A stretch of DNA of 64,000 nucleotides from Candidatus Latescibacterota bacterium (lineage in GTDB: Bacteria > Latescibacterota > UBA2968 > GCA-2709665). The stretch is taken from NCBI GenBank assembly GCA_963662665.2, contig CAXXJS010000025.1, forward strand, positions 32,001-96,000, in the 5' to 3' direction. A program made the position numbers and the translations under genes. Below the pieces are notes generated by a model that saw nothing but the letters and a program-made list of their open reading frames with translations, did no database searches and was not told the DNA's origin. Shown here piece after piece: positions 49,301-57,298 of this stretch (position 1 is the stretch's first letter; each line of letters begins with the position of its first letter).

Positions 49301-49533
49301 GCGTTCGCCGTCGGCGCGCTCCAGCTCAGCGACACCCCGGCCTCACCCAGCGTGGCCGTCAGGTCCGAAGGTGCACCCGAGCCACGCGCAGGGTCGGGCG
49401 CCCCCATCAGCAGAAGGACCGGCAGTACAAAACGCAGCGAAAAGCGACGGCGCGACCGGCAAACAACAACACCACGCAACGCATACAGCCACCACGATAC
49501 CTCGACGGGCGAAACAAACGGGCGAAAGCGCAT
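43345..49533 (-). CDS. Giant secreted protein: 12 FN3 domains, 9 putative Ig (He_PIG/cadherin-like) domains, C-terminal dockerin-like domain
   Basis: Domains counted from the translation; GDFNGDG...DLNGDGTINFADL at the C-terminus. Start is 49533 (after GGAGGT) or 49560. Confidence 0.9.
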   Translation of the reverse strand: MRFRPFVSPVEVSWWLYALRGVVVCRSRRRFSLRFVLPVLLLMGAPDPARGSGAPSDLTATLGEAGVSLSWSAPTANASKVTGYQVMRRSSVDPVGGFHAIATTGASETSYVDAFILEGETFVYRVKARRGNRLSGYSNFVLVDVPSAPAGAANLTAVAGNRSVSLSWDDPSDATITVYELRFAEGGGTDPPDWTGVMWREIENSDASTTFLWVSNLTNGTEYTFELRARNVRGAGATASVTATPIPPPAVPIIQSVSVGDGTVTLSWVDQNDVTITVYEFRFIEGVASDPLDWTGVEWSEIAGSDFTLTSHTATGLTNGTLYTFQLRARNTAGAGVAATVAAIPVPPPLAPVNLSASVGDGTVTLSWDDPNDATIEGYQYRYRTGAEWDPDWTDVDGSDAGTASHRLTGLTNGTAHIFEVRATNAAGGGAASSVTATPAPPPLAPVHLSTTAGHRRVTLRWDDPDDATITGYQYRYRTGAEWDPDWTDVDASDATTTSHRLTGLVNGTRYTIQLRAKNPAGDGAASTVASTPFALPPRNLSVALVDGSVTLSWDAPEADAELVTGYEVLRRWPRNDGPGVFHEIGTTGADVTTYMDGTVEGGERYVYRVKAWRGTDMSPWSDWAAIDAPAVPSAPENLSALVGDGSVTLSWDDANDNSITGYQYRYRTGMTWNPDWTAIGGSGANTTSHRLTGLTNETEYTFEVRAINANGNGTLAGVTATPAPPPAAPGNLAGSAGDGTVTLSWDNPNDATITGYEYRYRTGAEWDPDWTEIGGSDFSTTSYTAEGLTSGALHTFQVRAVNAAGPGPSASASATPFPAAPANLLATAGVNQVTLEWDDPADDGITVYQLKYGHGTTLVQDWSDISDTDQNTTEHTVEGLANGTAYTFKLRAKATDAPGDSSEVTATPYPAAPANLQAAAGVNQVALTWNNPGDAGITVYQLKYGHGTTVVQDWSDVSGTNKNTTEHTVEGLTNGTAYTFKLRAKATDALGDSSEVTATPYPAAPANLQAAAGVNQVALTWNNPGDDGITAYQLKYGHGTTVVQDWSDVSDTDKNTTEHTVEGLTNGTAYTFKLRAKATDALGDSSEVTATPFPAAPANLRGTGGDGKVTLNWDDPGDAAITVYQLVHYSGTRPSQPTWGDISGSDATTTSHAVMNLTNDRKYTFELRAKATSAHGDSSVVKATPTVSCPTLTIASISDVTKAAGSSISITASASGGCGTKTFSKKSGPSWISVSSGGSITGTVSSSARCNSPKVVVKVTDANGNTDDEEFRITVPGATLTIASISDVTAAVDDEISITASASGGCGTKTFSKKSGPSWISVASGGSITGTVPSSARCSSPKIVVKVTDGNGNTDDEEFKILVRAASTLTIASISDVTAAVDDEISITASASGGCGTKTFSKKSGPSWISVSSGGSITGTVPSSAACSSPKVVVEVTDGNGNTDEEDFQIKVGAASTLTIASISDVTAAVDDEISITASASGGCGTKTFSKESGPSWISVSSGGSITGTVPSTAVCSSPKVVVKVTDGNGITDKEDFQIKVGAASTLTIASISDVTAAVDDGISITASASGGCGTKTFSKESGPSWISVSSGGSITGTVPNSAVCSSPKVVVKVTDGNGITDKEDFQIKVGAASTLTIASISDVTAAVDDEISITASASGGCGTKTFSKESGPSWISVSSGGSITGTVPSSAACSSPKVVVKVTDGNGITDNEDFKIIVGEASTLEVAAIADVTKAVDDEISITASASGGCGTKTFSKESGPSWISVSSGGSITGTVPSSAACSSPKVVVKVTDGNESTDEEDFTITVGEASTLAISSISNKSGTKGRAISSFPVGKSGGCSPYTYSLSSNPSSGSGLSISSSGRISGTPTATSSFTISVTVTDVNNTSKSTSFTFSVAEPVTIASISDITEIVSVPFTHQVSVSGGRSPYRYSLSVTPTLPSGSSLSISASGLIEGEITERGTHSATVTVSDADNRTDSEAFDITARGPGDFNGDGTRNAADAAMLNEKSGLSSSDAGFDRRMDLNGDGTINFADLVILSGYIQNDASSQGGGDSGGDGG
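44087..45960 (-). repeat. Intragenic tandem repeat, 7 near-identical copies of 267 bp (89-aa Ig-like unit)
   Basis: GTCAGCGTC anchor recurs at 44621, 44888, 45155, 45422, 45689 (267-bp period) and at 45953 (264 bp). Confidence 0.95.
46245..47090 (-). repeat. Intragenic tandem repeat, about 3 copies of 276 bp (92-aa FN3 unit)
   Basis: Near-identical shadow ORFs at 46487 and 46763; YQLKYGHGTT occurs three times. Confidence 0.9.
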
Positions 49534-49589
49534 CGTTGACCTCCACGTAATCGTTGTCATACGCCTGACGTCAGCGTAACCGGCGGGAT

Positions 49590-49720
49590 TATCCAGCTTT
49601 TTTCATTTCATGAGGCATCACTCTTGTTAATATACAACATTAATTGTGAATTCGTGCTGAATTATTGAGCCATATCGATGATTTTTTGATGAATTACGGC
49701 GATTTTCGCGAATTCAAACC
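49590..49720. promoter_or_regulatory. AT-rich divergent promoter region
   Basis: Marked AT-rich patch at the only strand switch in the window; exact promoter elements not resolved. Confidence 0.5.
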
Positions 49721-50131
49721 AGCGAGGGATCACACACTTCAGCCGTTCGATGTATTTACGCCTCCACTCGGTGCCGACTATGGAACGGGGAGCACAGGGC
49801 GGCGCGTATGGCGTTGTTAGACCCGGACGGCCGGCAAGGAATCGTTCACGGGTGGAGGCCCTGTTACGCTGTAAAGACCGGTCCCGATTCAGGCGCCGCC
49901 CTCCACTCCGTACACAAAGGGACTTGCAATCCCTCCCGGTATGGTTTAGACTTGGGATGAGGGGGCTTGTGTAGCAGTGGCTCTTTGAGATTTGAACGAT
50001 ATGCGAGCGGAAGTTCGCTGTGCGGCCGGCGAATCGCAGGACCTACTTCTGGCGGGAAATGCCTGCGATTCAGGGTATGCTGCCGGCTGAGCCGTTCGAA
50101 TTCATCCCTGATCCGGAAATGGGTTTCCCCA

Positions 50132-52231
50132 ATGGTCGATCCCGCGGCGCCACGGTTGATTCTGTCTGACTGCGAACTGGATGAACTGTGCAATCGCAGC
50201 GTTTCGTCGCACGCCCGGTTCTTCAGAGCAATGGTCGAAGACCTGAAAGGCCGGTTGCCTGTCGATCCGCCCGATTCGCTCTGGGACCTGGAAGAGCCGG
50301 CGTACAGCGATATCCTCGAGATCTGTTTTTCGCTGGTGGTGAACTGCGGCATCGCCTACCATCTCACACGGGACAAACGTTGGAGCGGCCTTGCCGAACG
50401 CTGGCTGACGCGGTGGGTCGAGGTCGGCGCAGCCCACGACGAGCAGGTCAAGTCGTCCTACCTGGTGGCCTTTCACGTCATGGCACTGGCCTATGGCCTC
50501 GATCTGTTTGGAAGGGTCCTACCGGATTCGCTCGTACGTCGGTCGGTGGAAGTGTTGCGGGTCGAGGCCGGACGAATGGCTCGGCACATGGGTACCGGCG
50601 AGGCCGGCTGGAGCCGGCGATACCATTACCACGACTGCTGGGTGCCGGTCTTCGGCGCCGGCGTCGGCTGTCTGGCTCTGTTACCCTACGCTCCCGAAGC
50701 CGCGGCCTGGTTATCCACGGTGGAACGAGAGGTCGACTGCATCGTCTCCATCCAGGGTGGGGACGGTGCGTGGAATGAAGGTGTGGCTCCGTTGAATTAC
50801 GCGTTGGGGCCGATGCTGTTCTACCTGGAGGGCAGAAAACGGGTCTTCGGCGAGCGTGCGTCTAAAATTCCATGGCTGAAGGCATTGTCCCGCTGGCGGG
50901 CGTACCACCTTCTTCCCGACGAGAGCTACGTATTTCTGGACGATTCGACGCCCAGCGGCCGGTACCACGGCGAGACCGGCGGGGTTGTCGCTTTTCAACT
51001 GTACAAACTCGCGTCCGAGTTCAACGACGGCCTGGCGCAGTGGCAGGCGGAACGGGAATCCGCCCGTTCGTTCCCGAAGGATTACCACGACTGCGGCTGG
51101 AGCTTCCTGTGGTACGATCCCGGCGTTAAGGCGGAACCTCCGGACGGATTGCCGGCCGCCGCCGCCTTCCCGTCGCTGGGTCAGTTTTTCTCACGCACGG
51201 GGTTTGACAAGAACGCGTCGGTACTCAGCTTCGAGTGTACGGTTCCCGGCGGACCGCTGGCGCAGTCCCGGCTGGATTCGGGGCTTCCGATACAGACCAT
51301 AACGCAGAATAAACACGCACACTATAGAGACCGCGCTGCTTTCACGTACTTTGTAAACGGGCACTATTTCTTCAGGCCGTCCGGTTACTTTCGATTCGAC
51401 GCCGCTATGAAGAATACCCTCACGTTCGACGGGGTCGGACAGTCGGTCGAACCCAACTCCGGCGGCGAGATGGAGGGCGTGTATTGCGGCGGGAACAACG
51501 TGTATTCGGCCGCACGATGCCAGGCGGCGTGCGCGTATCCGGACGTGCCGGGTCTGACCTCCTTTGAACGGACCGTCTTGCACGCGAGGGACTGTCACGC
51601 CGCGTTCGTACTGGACCGCGTCCGGTTCTCCGGCCGAGAACCGCGTTGTGTGGAAGCCCATTTTCACGTCGGCCATGAAGTTGAAACCCGGATCGGACCG
51701 GACGGTTCGCTGCTACTGCGGACACCATCCGGACAGGCCTGCCGGTTCTATCAGGCATCTTCGCGGGCGGCGATATTCGAACGGGTGCCGCAACCGGTCG
51801 ACCCCTATTGGAGAGATTACCTGTCCGGCTACGACATCCCGCCGGAAGACCTGGAGGCGATGGATCAGGTGGACCTCCGCTTCCGGTTCGCGATGGCCGG
51901 CGAGACGTCGGTCGACGTCCTGTGGGCGATTCTGCCTCACGGCGGGGACTGCGATGTCGGACAACAGGCCGATGATTCGATGATCTCCTTCTGGTACGGG
52001 GTCCCGGGCGGTACGCCGCAACTGGTCCTGGCGCCTCCCGCGGAGGAAGTCGGCAGACCTGCCCGCGGACCGGTGCTGCCGCAGCGGCCGGAGCGGATTT
52101 TCGTGCTGGGTGGGTTGCCCGGAGGCCGGATCAGACTCGCGCTGGAGCGCCTCGACGGAGATCGGTGGGGGGCGGTACTTGGGGAAGGCCAGGACTATGA
52201 AGTGACGGCGGCCGGGACAGCTTGCCTGTAG
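50132..52231 (+). CDS. Heparinase II/III-like (DUF4962-like) protein, divergent
   Basis: PRLIL, DGAWNEGVAPLNY, FLWYDP, FFSRTGF, HAHYRDRAAF, KNTLTFDGVGQ, FERTV, VLDRV. Start re-assigned to ATG 50132. Confidence 0.7.
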   Translation: MVDPAAPRLILSDCELDELCNRSVSSHARFFRAMVEDLKGRLPVDPPDSLWDLEEPAYSDILEICFSLVVNCGIAYHLTRDKRWSGLAERWLTRWVEVGAAHDEQVKSSYLVAFHVMALAYGLDLFGRVLPDSLVRRSVEVLRVEAGRMARHMGTGEAGWSRRYHYHDCWVPVFGAGVGCLALLPYAPEAAAWLSTVEREVDCIVSIQGGDGAWNEGVAPLNYALGPMLFYLEGRKRVFGERASKIPWLKALSRWRAYHLLPDESYVFLDDSTPSGRYHGETGGVVAFQLYKLASEFNDGLAQWQAERESARSFPKDYHDCGWSFLWYDPGVKAEPPDGLPAAAAFPSLGQFFSRTGFDKNASVLSFECTVPGGPLAQSRLDSGLPIQTITQNKHAHYRDRAAFTYFVNGHYFFRPSGYFRFDAAMKNTLTFDGVGQSVEPNSGGEMEGVYCGGNNVYSAARCQAACAYPDVPGLTSFERTVLHARDCHAAFVLDRVRFSGREPRCVEAHFHVGHEVETRIGPDGSLLLRTPSGQACRFYQASSRAAIFERVPQPVDPYWRDYLSGYDIPPEDLEAMDQVDLRFRFAMAGETSVDVLWAILPHGGDCDVGQQADDSMISFWYGVPGGTPQLVLAPPAEEVGRPARGPVLPQRPERIFVLGGLPGGRIRLALERLDGDRWGAVLGEGQDYEVTAAGTACL

Positions 52232-52273
52232 AGCGTCCGCGGGCACGCCGCAGAGATCCGCATCGAATCCGAA

Positions 52274-52879
52274 TTGGAGACGGAAGCTGTGAGAATCGAA
52301 GCAGCCTGGGAAAAGAAGCAGGAGCACATTCCGGTGGTGATGGTCAGGGAAGACCTCACGGACCTCCGCGCATATCCGCTTCCCGAGGGGTACCGCCTCC
52401 GCTACTTCAGGGACGGCGAAGATCACCTCTGGGGAGAAATCGAGATTGCAGTCGCCTCGTTCGATTCCATGGATAAGGCGATGGCCTACTTTGAAAGCGA
52501 GTTCGGACCGGGCCGGGACCGGATGGAGGCCCGGTGTCATTATCTGGAGGACCCGAACGGTCAGGCGATCGGCACGAGTACGGCGTGGTACAATGACGCG
52601 TTCAACGGAAGGGACTACGGCCGCATCCACTGGATCGCCATCCGACCGGAGTATCAGGGCCGGGGACTTGCCAAACCGCTTCTGGCGGCCTCGCTTGGGC
52701 GGATAGCGGACTTCCACGATCGCGCCTACCTGACCACCCAGACCACCAGCGCACGCGCGATCAATCTGTACCTCGACTTCGGCTTTGTGCCGTTTGAGAC
52801 TTCCAGTCGGTGCGTAGCGGGCTGGACGTGGCTCGCCTCCGTCCTGGAACATCCGTCTCTCGCCAGGTACCGCGGCTGA
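52274..52879 (+). CDS. GNAT family N-acetyltransferase
   Basis: IAIRPEYQGRGLAKPL acetyl-CoA motif; AINLYLDFGF. Start is uncertain. Confidence 0.9.
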   Translation: METEAVRIEAAWEKKQEHIPVVMVREDLTDLRAYPLPEGYRLRYFRDGEDHLWGEIEIAVASFDSMDKAMAYFESEFGPGRDRMEARCHYLEDPNGQAIGTSTAWYNDAFNGRDYGRIHWIAIRPEYQGRGLAKPLLAASLGRIADFHDRAYLTTQTTSARAINLYLDFGFVPFETSSRCVAGWTWLASVLEHPSLARYRG

Positions 52880-52953
52880 CCGGTTAACGGACGGGGCGCT
52901 CACTGACGCTGATATTGGAAATTGCATCGCTCATCTTCATGGAGACTCCCCGG

Positions 52954-53829
52954 ATGACAAGGAAACCGTATTCGCCCGAAGGAAAAACGATCGTCACGAA
53001 AAACGACATTATCGAAGGCCTTCGCGACCTGGGGGTGAAAACAGGGGACGCGGTGTTTTTCCACAATTCCCTCAGCAGCATGGGATACGTGGACGGCGGC
53101 GCCGAAACCGTGATCGACGCGTTTCTGGAGGCCGTAGGTCCCCGGGGCACCATCGCGGTGAATTCCTGCCATTTCAACGGATGGCACTGCGAATATGCCC
53201 GCACCGCCGGTACCCCGGCGTTCGACGTGCGCCGCTCACCGTCCAGGATGGGCAGGATCACCGAGGTGTTTCGTCACCGTCCCGAAGCGGTGCGGTGTCT
53301 CGATTCCAGCAATCCGATGTGTGCGATCGGGCATCAGGCGGAGTACCTCGCGGAAGGCGCGGTTCGCTGTTTCACGCCGTGCGGGCGGGATACGGCCTGG
53401 GGAAAGCTGGGCGAGATCGACGCTCACTACATGTTCCTGGGAACGGGATGGACCAGTTGCACCATGATGCACGCCTGCGAGGAATACGGGCACGCGCCCT
53501 ACGCGCTGATGGACGAGCCCTCCCGCCTGGAGGTGGCCGACGAACAGGGCCGCATCCACGTGCACGTCCAGAAGGTGCATACGCCGAACGTGCCCAGGGA
53601 TTACTTCCTGATGGAACCCGAGATGCAGAAGCAGGGCCTCGTTCAGTACGGAAAGATTGGCGATGCGAAAGTGACCATAATGAACGCCAGGGAACTGATC
53701 GAGGCAGGCACCCGGTGTATCGTGGAAGATCCCGGCTTTCTGCTGAAGGACCGCAGTTTCCTCAAGCAGTGCCGGGATCATCAGAGGGGGCTTATTCCAC
53801 CCGGATACAAGGGCATTTCCGACGTGTAG
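52954..53829 (+). CDS. AAC(3)/YokD-family N-acetyltransferase
   Basis: LGVKTGDAVFFHNSLSSMG.VDGG, MGRITEVFR, TMMHACEE. Confidence 0.88.
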   Translation: MTRKPYSPEGKTIVTKNDIIEGLRDLGVKTGDAVFFHNSLSSMGYVDGGAETVIDAFLEAVGPRGTIAVNSCHFNGWHCEYARTAGTPAFDVRRSPSRMGRITEVFRHRPEAVRCLDSSNPMCAIGHQAEYLAEGAVRCFTPCGRDTAWGKLGEIDAHYMFLGTGWTSCTMMHACEEYGHAPYALMDEPSRLEVADEQGRIHVHVQKVHTPNVPRDYFLMEPEMQKQGLVQYGKIGDAKVTIMNARELIEAGTRCIVEDPGFLLKDRSFLKQCRDHQRGLIPPGYKGISDV

Positions 53830-53854
53830 AGTGACATAGTCGAAGGAGGCAGAG

Positions 53855-53947
53855 ATGCAGATCCTGCCGGACCTCTATCTCGCGGACGGGTTTGCGAACG
53901 CGCGACGGCAGTTTATTACCCGGGAGGATCTGCGGAAACGATGTTGA
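53855..53947 (+). CDS. 30-aa small ORF or internally deleted gene remnant
   Basis: SD GAAGGAGG, then MQILPDLYLADGFANARRQFITREDLRKRC*; the end overlaps the next ATG (ATGTTGA). Confidence 0.45.
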   Translation: MQILPDLYLADGFANARRQFITREDLRKRC

Positions 53948-55497
53948 CTCAACGCAAAATTGAAGACGGGCTGACAGGGTTGGGGCTGAAGCCGGGTGCG
54001 ATTGTGGTGGTTCATTCGTCCCTGAGCAGCCTGGGACCTGTGGACGGCGGCCCGAACGCTGTTATCGATGCGCTGGTGGATGCCCTCGGCCCCGACGGAA
54101 CGTTGTTGATGCCCACGCATCCGGCACGTGACGGACGCACGTTCGATCCGGTCACTATCCCTTCGGACATGGGCGCAATCAGCGAGACCTTCCGGTTGCG
54201 GACGGGCGTGCTGCGCAGCCGGCACCCCTATCATCCGGTGGCGGGTTGCGGCGCGATGGCGGAGGAGATCCTGTCCGGTCACGAAGATAGCGCGGCGCCG
54301 GACGGGCCGGAGACGCCCTATGGCCGTCTGATCACCCTCGGCGGAAAGGTGCTGCACGTAGGCTGCGACCTGGATACGATGACGCTGCTGCACACGGTGG
54401 AGGCGGAACTGGACCTGCCCTATCTCCGCGAATTGGAAATGAAGTACGTGGCAGATGACGGCGAGGTCCGCGCGATGACGATTCGCCGGTGTCCGGGCGG
54501 GCATCGAGGGGGCGTGTTGAAGTTCGATCGGTTATTCAGGGCGGAGGGCGCCATGGCGGTGGGCACGATCGGTCCGGCGGTGTGCCGCCTGATCGACGCA
54601 CCCCGTGCCGCGACCATCATGCGGCGCGAGATGTCGCGCGACCCCGGCTTTGCGCTGGATGAGAATCCGAATTGCGCCGACTGCGCGGGATACAGAGAGA
54701 AAATCGCGAGATCGAACGCCGGTCGGCCGGCTGCCCGGCGCGATGCCACCGCGACCCCCGGGGAATCGCTGAAGTCCCTGCTCGAGGATGAGGATTCCAC
54801 CCTGAGCGCACCGCTGTGGGCGGTGGATGCCGATCCCGGAAAGGCGCTGGATCTGGTCGCATCGGCGGATATTTCATCGGTCGAAGTGCATACGAATCAC
54901 CAGGTCGATTTCGATGACCTTCCTGGCCGCCTGGGAGATCGGGACCTCGAGGTCGCGGTATTGCGCACCCCGTTCGCATCAGCCGGGAAGCTGGCGGAGG
55001 CCTGTACAATTGCAGCCCGTTTCGATGCAAAGTACCTGCATGTCCGCCTGCAGGACAACTTCGGGCCCGCGGATCTGAACGGTTCACTTGAACGGCTCTC
55101 ACGGGTCGCCGACGAAAGCGGTATCACCGTACTTGTGGGGAATCCCGCGGATGTGAACCCGTCTGATATCGCCGAAAGGTTGAGAGAGATCGGGGCCGCC
55201 GGGACAGACATGGCATACGATCCGGCCGCCGTCGCGGCATCGGGCGGAAGCCCGTTCTATAAGGGACTTTACAAAGGGCCGATCCGGCGGTTTGTCAGGC
55301 ACGTCGACTTCAGGGACGTCGTTGCGGAAAGCGGAGAACCGGCGGTTCCCGGCAAAGGCAACGCGGAACTCGTGGAGATCCTCTCCAACCTCAGATGTCG
55401 AAGTTTCAACGGGGTCTTCTGCCTCTGGCCGCTGCCCGGGGTTTTCGGATTCCAGGACGCCGTTAACGGCTTTCGGGAAATAATCGAGCGGATCTGA
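53941..55497 (+). CDS. AAC(3)-family acetyltransferase fused to a degenerate xylose-isomerase/AP-endonuclease-2-like TIM barrel
   Basis: VHSSLSSLG.VDGG, SRHPYHP, TLLHTVE, CADC; C-terminal YDPAA, RHVDFRD, VPGKGNA, FNGVFCL. Confidence 0.8.
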   Translation: MLTQRKIEDGLTGLGLKPGAIVVVHSSLSSLGPVDGGPNAVIDALVDALGPDGTLLMPTHPARDGRTFDPVTIPSDMGAISETFRLRTGVLRSRHPYHPVAGCGAMAEEILSGHEDSAAPDGPETPYGRLITLGGKVLHVGCDLDTMTLLHTVEAELDLPYLRELEMKYVADDGEVRAMTIRRCPGGHRGGVLKFDRLFRAEGAMAVGTIGPAVCRLIDAPRAATIMRREMSRDPGFALDENPNCADCAGYREKIARSNAGRPAARRDATATPGESLKSLLEDEDSTLSAPLWAVDADPGKALDLVASADISSVEVHTNHQVDFDDLPGRLGDRDLEVAVLRTPFASAGKLAEACTIAARFDAKYLHVRLQDNFGPADLNGSLERLSRVADESGITVLVGNPADVNPSDIAERLREIGAAGTDMAYDPAAVAASGGSPFYKGLYKGPIRRFVRHVDFRDVVAESGEPAVPGKGNAELVEILSNLRCRSFNGVFCLWPLPGVFGFQDAVNGFREIIERI

Positions 55498-55539
55498 AAA
55501 ACGGCTACCGGTAACAGCCACGGAGTCAGAAGGAACGGC

Positions 55540-57240
55540 ATGAGTGAGAGAGACGACGCACTGGGTATCGCCGTGGAGAAGGACGTCCCCGTACCGATGT
55601 CCGACGGCGTGGTGTTGCGCGCAAACGTGTTCAGACCGGCGGGCTCGGGGCGGTATCCCGGACTGCTGATGAGGACGCCTTACGGAAAGCCGAATGGCGG
55701 TTTTGAACGGGTCGTGCGGTCCGGTTACGCCGTGGTCACTCAGGATTCCCGGGGTCGCTATGCTTCGGAAGGGACGTATGTCCCCTATACGGTTGAGGGT
55801 GACACGCCCGACGCGCGGGACGGATACGAGAGCGTGGAGTGGCTGGCGCGGCAGCAATATTGCAACGGGAAGGTCGGCACGTTCGGCGGATCCTACAACG
55901 CCTGGATGCAGTGGATGCTGGCGAAGTTGCGGCCGCCGCACCTGGTCGCGATGTGCGCCTGGTCGATTCCACTGGAAAACACCGAGGTCGACTGGTGGGG
56001 CGCTTTCCGGCCCGGCCGGCGCATCAAATGGTGGATGGGCACCATTGCGCCGGATCTCCGCAGACGTGAGGGCGCACCCGGACCGCACCGGAAGGAAGAC
56101 GCACTGGAAATCTGGGAAAACGTGGAGCATATGCGGTGGCTCTATTTTATGCCATGGCTGGACTTTCCACGTTATCTGCCCCAGGGAATGGCAGGGTACG
56201 CCGAGGACTGGCTGCGGCATCCGAACCGCAGGTGCTGGAAATTCGACGAGGTACACCGGGAGGTGGAAGTGCCTAACCTGGATTTCAGCGGGTGGTACGA
56301 CCATTGCGGAGGAACGATGGCCCACCTGGGCCTGATGCAGAAGCATGGCCGGTCTGAAATTGCGAGGACGCAGACCCGGATTGTCATCGGGCCGTGGAAC
56401 CACAGCGGACTGGGAAACCGGCGCCAGGGCGGGATCGATTTCGGGCCTGAAGCCCGGATGGATCTGCAGGATCGGATGATCCGCTGGTTCGACCGCTGGT
56501 TGAAGGATACCGATAACGGAGTGGATCTGGAACCGCCCGTGCGGTACTTTGTGATGGGCTCGGGCCAATGGAAGTCGGCGGATACGTGGCCGCCCGGTGG
56601 AACGATTCGGGCGGACTACTATCTGGACAGCGACGGCGACGCGCACCTCCCCGCGGGGTCCGGCCGTCTGCTCGACGCACCGGCCGCCGGTGAGAGCACG
56701 GACACGTACGTGTACGATCCGAATGACCCGGTTCCCACGCTTTGGTCAACGGCGCTGTTTACGGAACCGTCGGACAGGAGGGTACTCGATTACCGCCAGG
56801 ACATTCTGATTTTTCGGACCCCTGCTCTGGAATCCGACGTGGAAACCGTGGGGTATCCCGAAGTGGTGCTGAACGCTGCGACGTCGGCGGCGGACACCGA
56901 TTTTTTCGTCCGGCTCGTGGACGAAGTCCCGGACGGTCCGGCAACGGACGTCGCATACGGAATGGTCCGCGCCCGGCATCGCCATTCGCTGGACGAGGAA
57001 GACTTCATCATCCCGAAAGCGGTGACCGAATACCGCATCCGCCTGACGCCCACGGCATGCAGGTTTCTCGCGGGACACCGGATCCGCCTCGAAATCACGA
57101 GCAGCGACTTTCCAAATCACGACAGGAATCACAACACGGGCGGAAACGACCTCGCCGAGACCAGACTCGTGACGGCAACTCAGGAAGTCCATCATTCGGC
57201 GGAATATCCCTCCCGTCTGATTCTGCCGGTCTCTCAATGA
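55540..57240 (+). CDS. CocE/NonD family hydrolase (peptidase S15)
   Basis: RTPYGK, QDSRGRYASEG, GGSYNA nucleophile, GWYD, GPWNH, GHRIRLEITSSDFP. Confidence 0.95.
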   Translation: MSERDDALGIAVEKDVPVPMSDGVVLRANVFRPAGSGRYPGLLMRTPYGKPNGGFERVVRSGYAVVTQDSRGRYASEGTYVPYTVEGDTPDARDGYESVEWLARQQYCNGKVGTFGGSYNAWMQWMLAKLRPPHLVAMCAWSIPLENTEVDWWGAFRPGRRIKWWMGTIAPDLRRREGAPGPHRKEDALEIWENVEHMRWLYFMPWLDFPRYLPQGMAGYAEDWLRHPNRRCWKFDEVHREVEVPNLDFSGWYDHCGGTMAHLGLMQKHGRSEIARTQTRIVIGPWNHSGLGNRRQGGIDFGPEARMDLQDRMIRWFDRWLKDTDNGVDLEPPVRYFVMGSGQWKSADTWPPGGTIRADYYLDSDGDAHLPAGSGRLLDAPAAGESTDTYVYDPNDPVPTLWSTALFTEPSDRRVLDYRQDILIFRTPALESDVETVGYPEVVLNAATSAADTDFFVRLVDEVPDGPATDVAYGMVRARHRHSLDEEDFIIPKAVTEYRIRLTPTACRFLAGHRIRLEITSSDFPNHDRNHNTGGNDLAETRLVTATQEVHHSAEYPSRLILPVSQ

Positions 57241-57298
57241 ATCGGCGGAAAGAGAATCAGCGAACTGGAGAAACGGAGATGGGCGGCGTGAAATCGAG

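Noticed and set aside
52954-55497. Acquired aminoglycoside resistance cassette
   Set aside because: No integron, IS or compositional anomaly; AAC(3)/YokD homologues are common chromosomal genes of unknown substrate.
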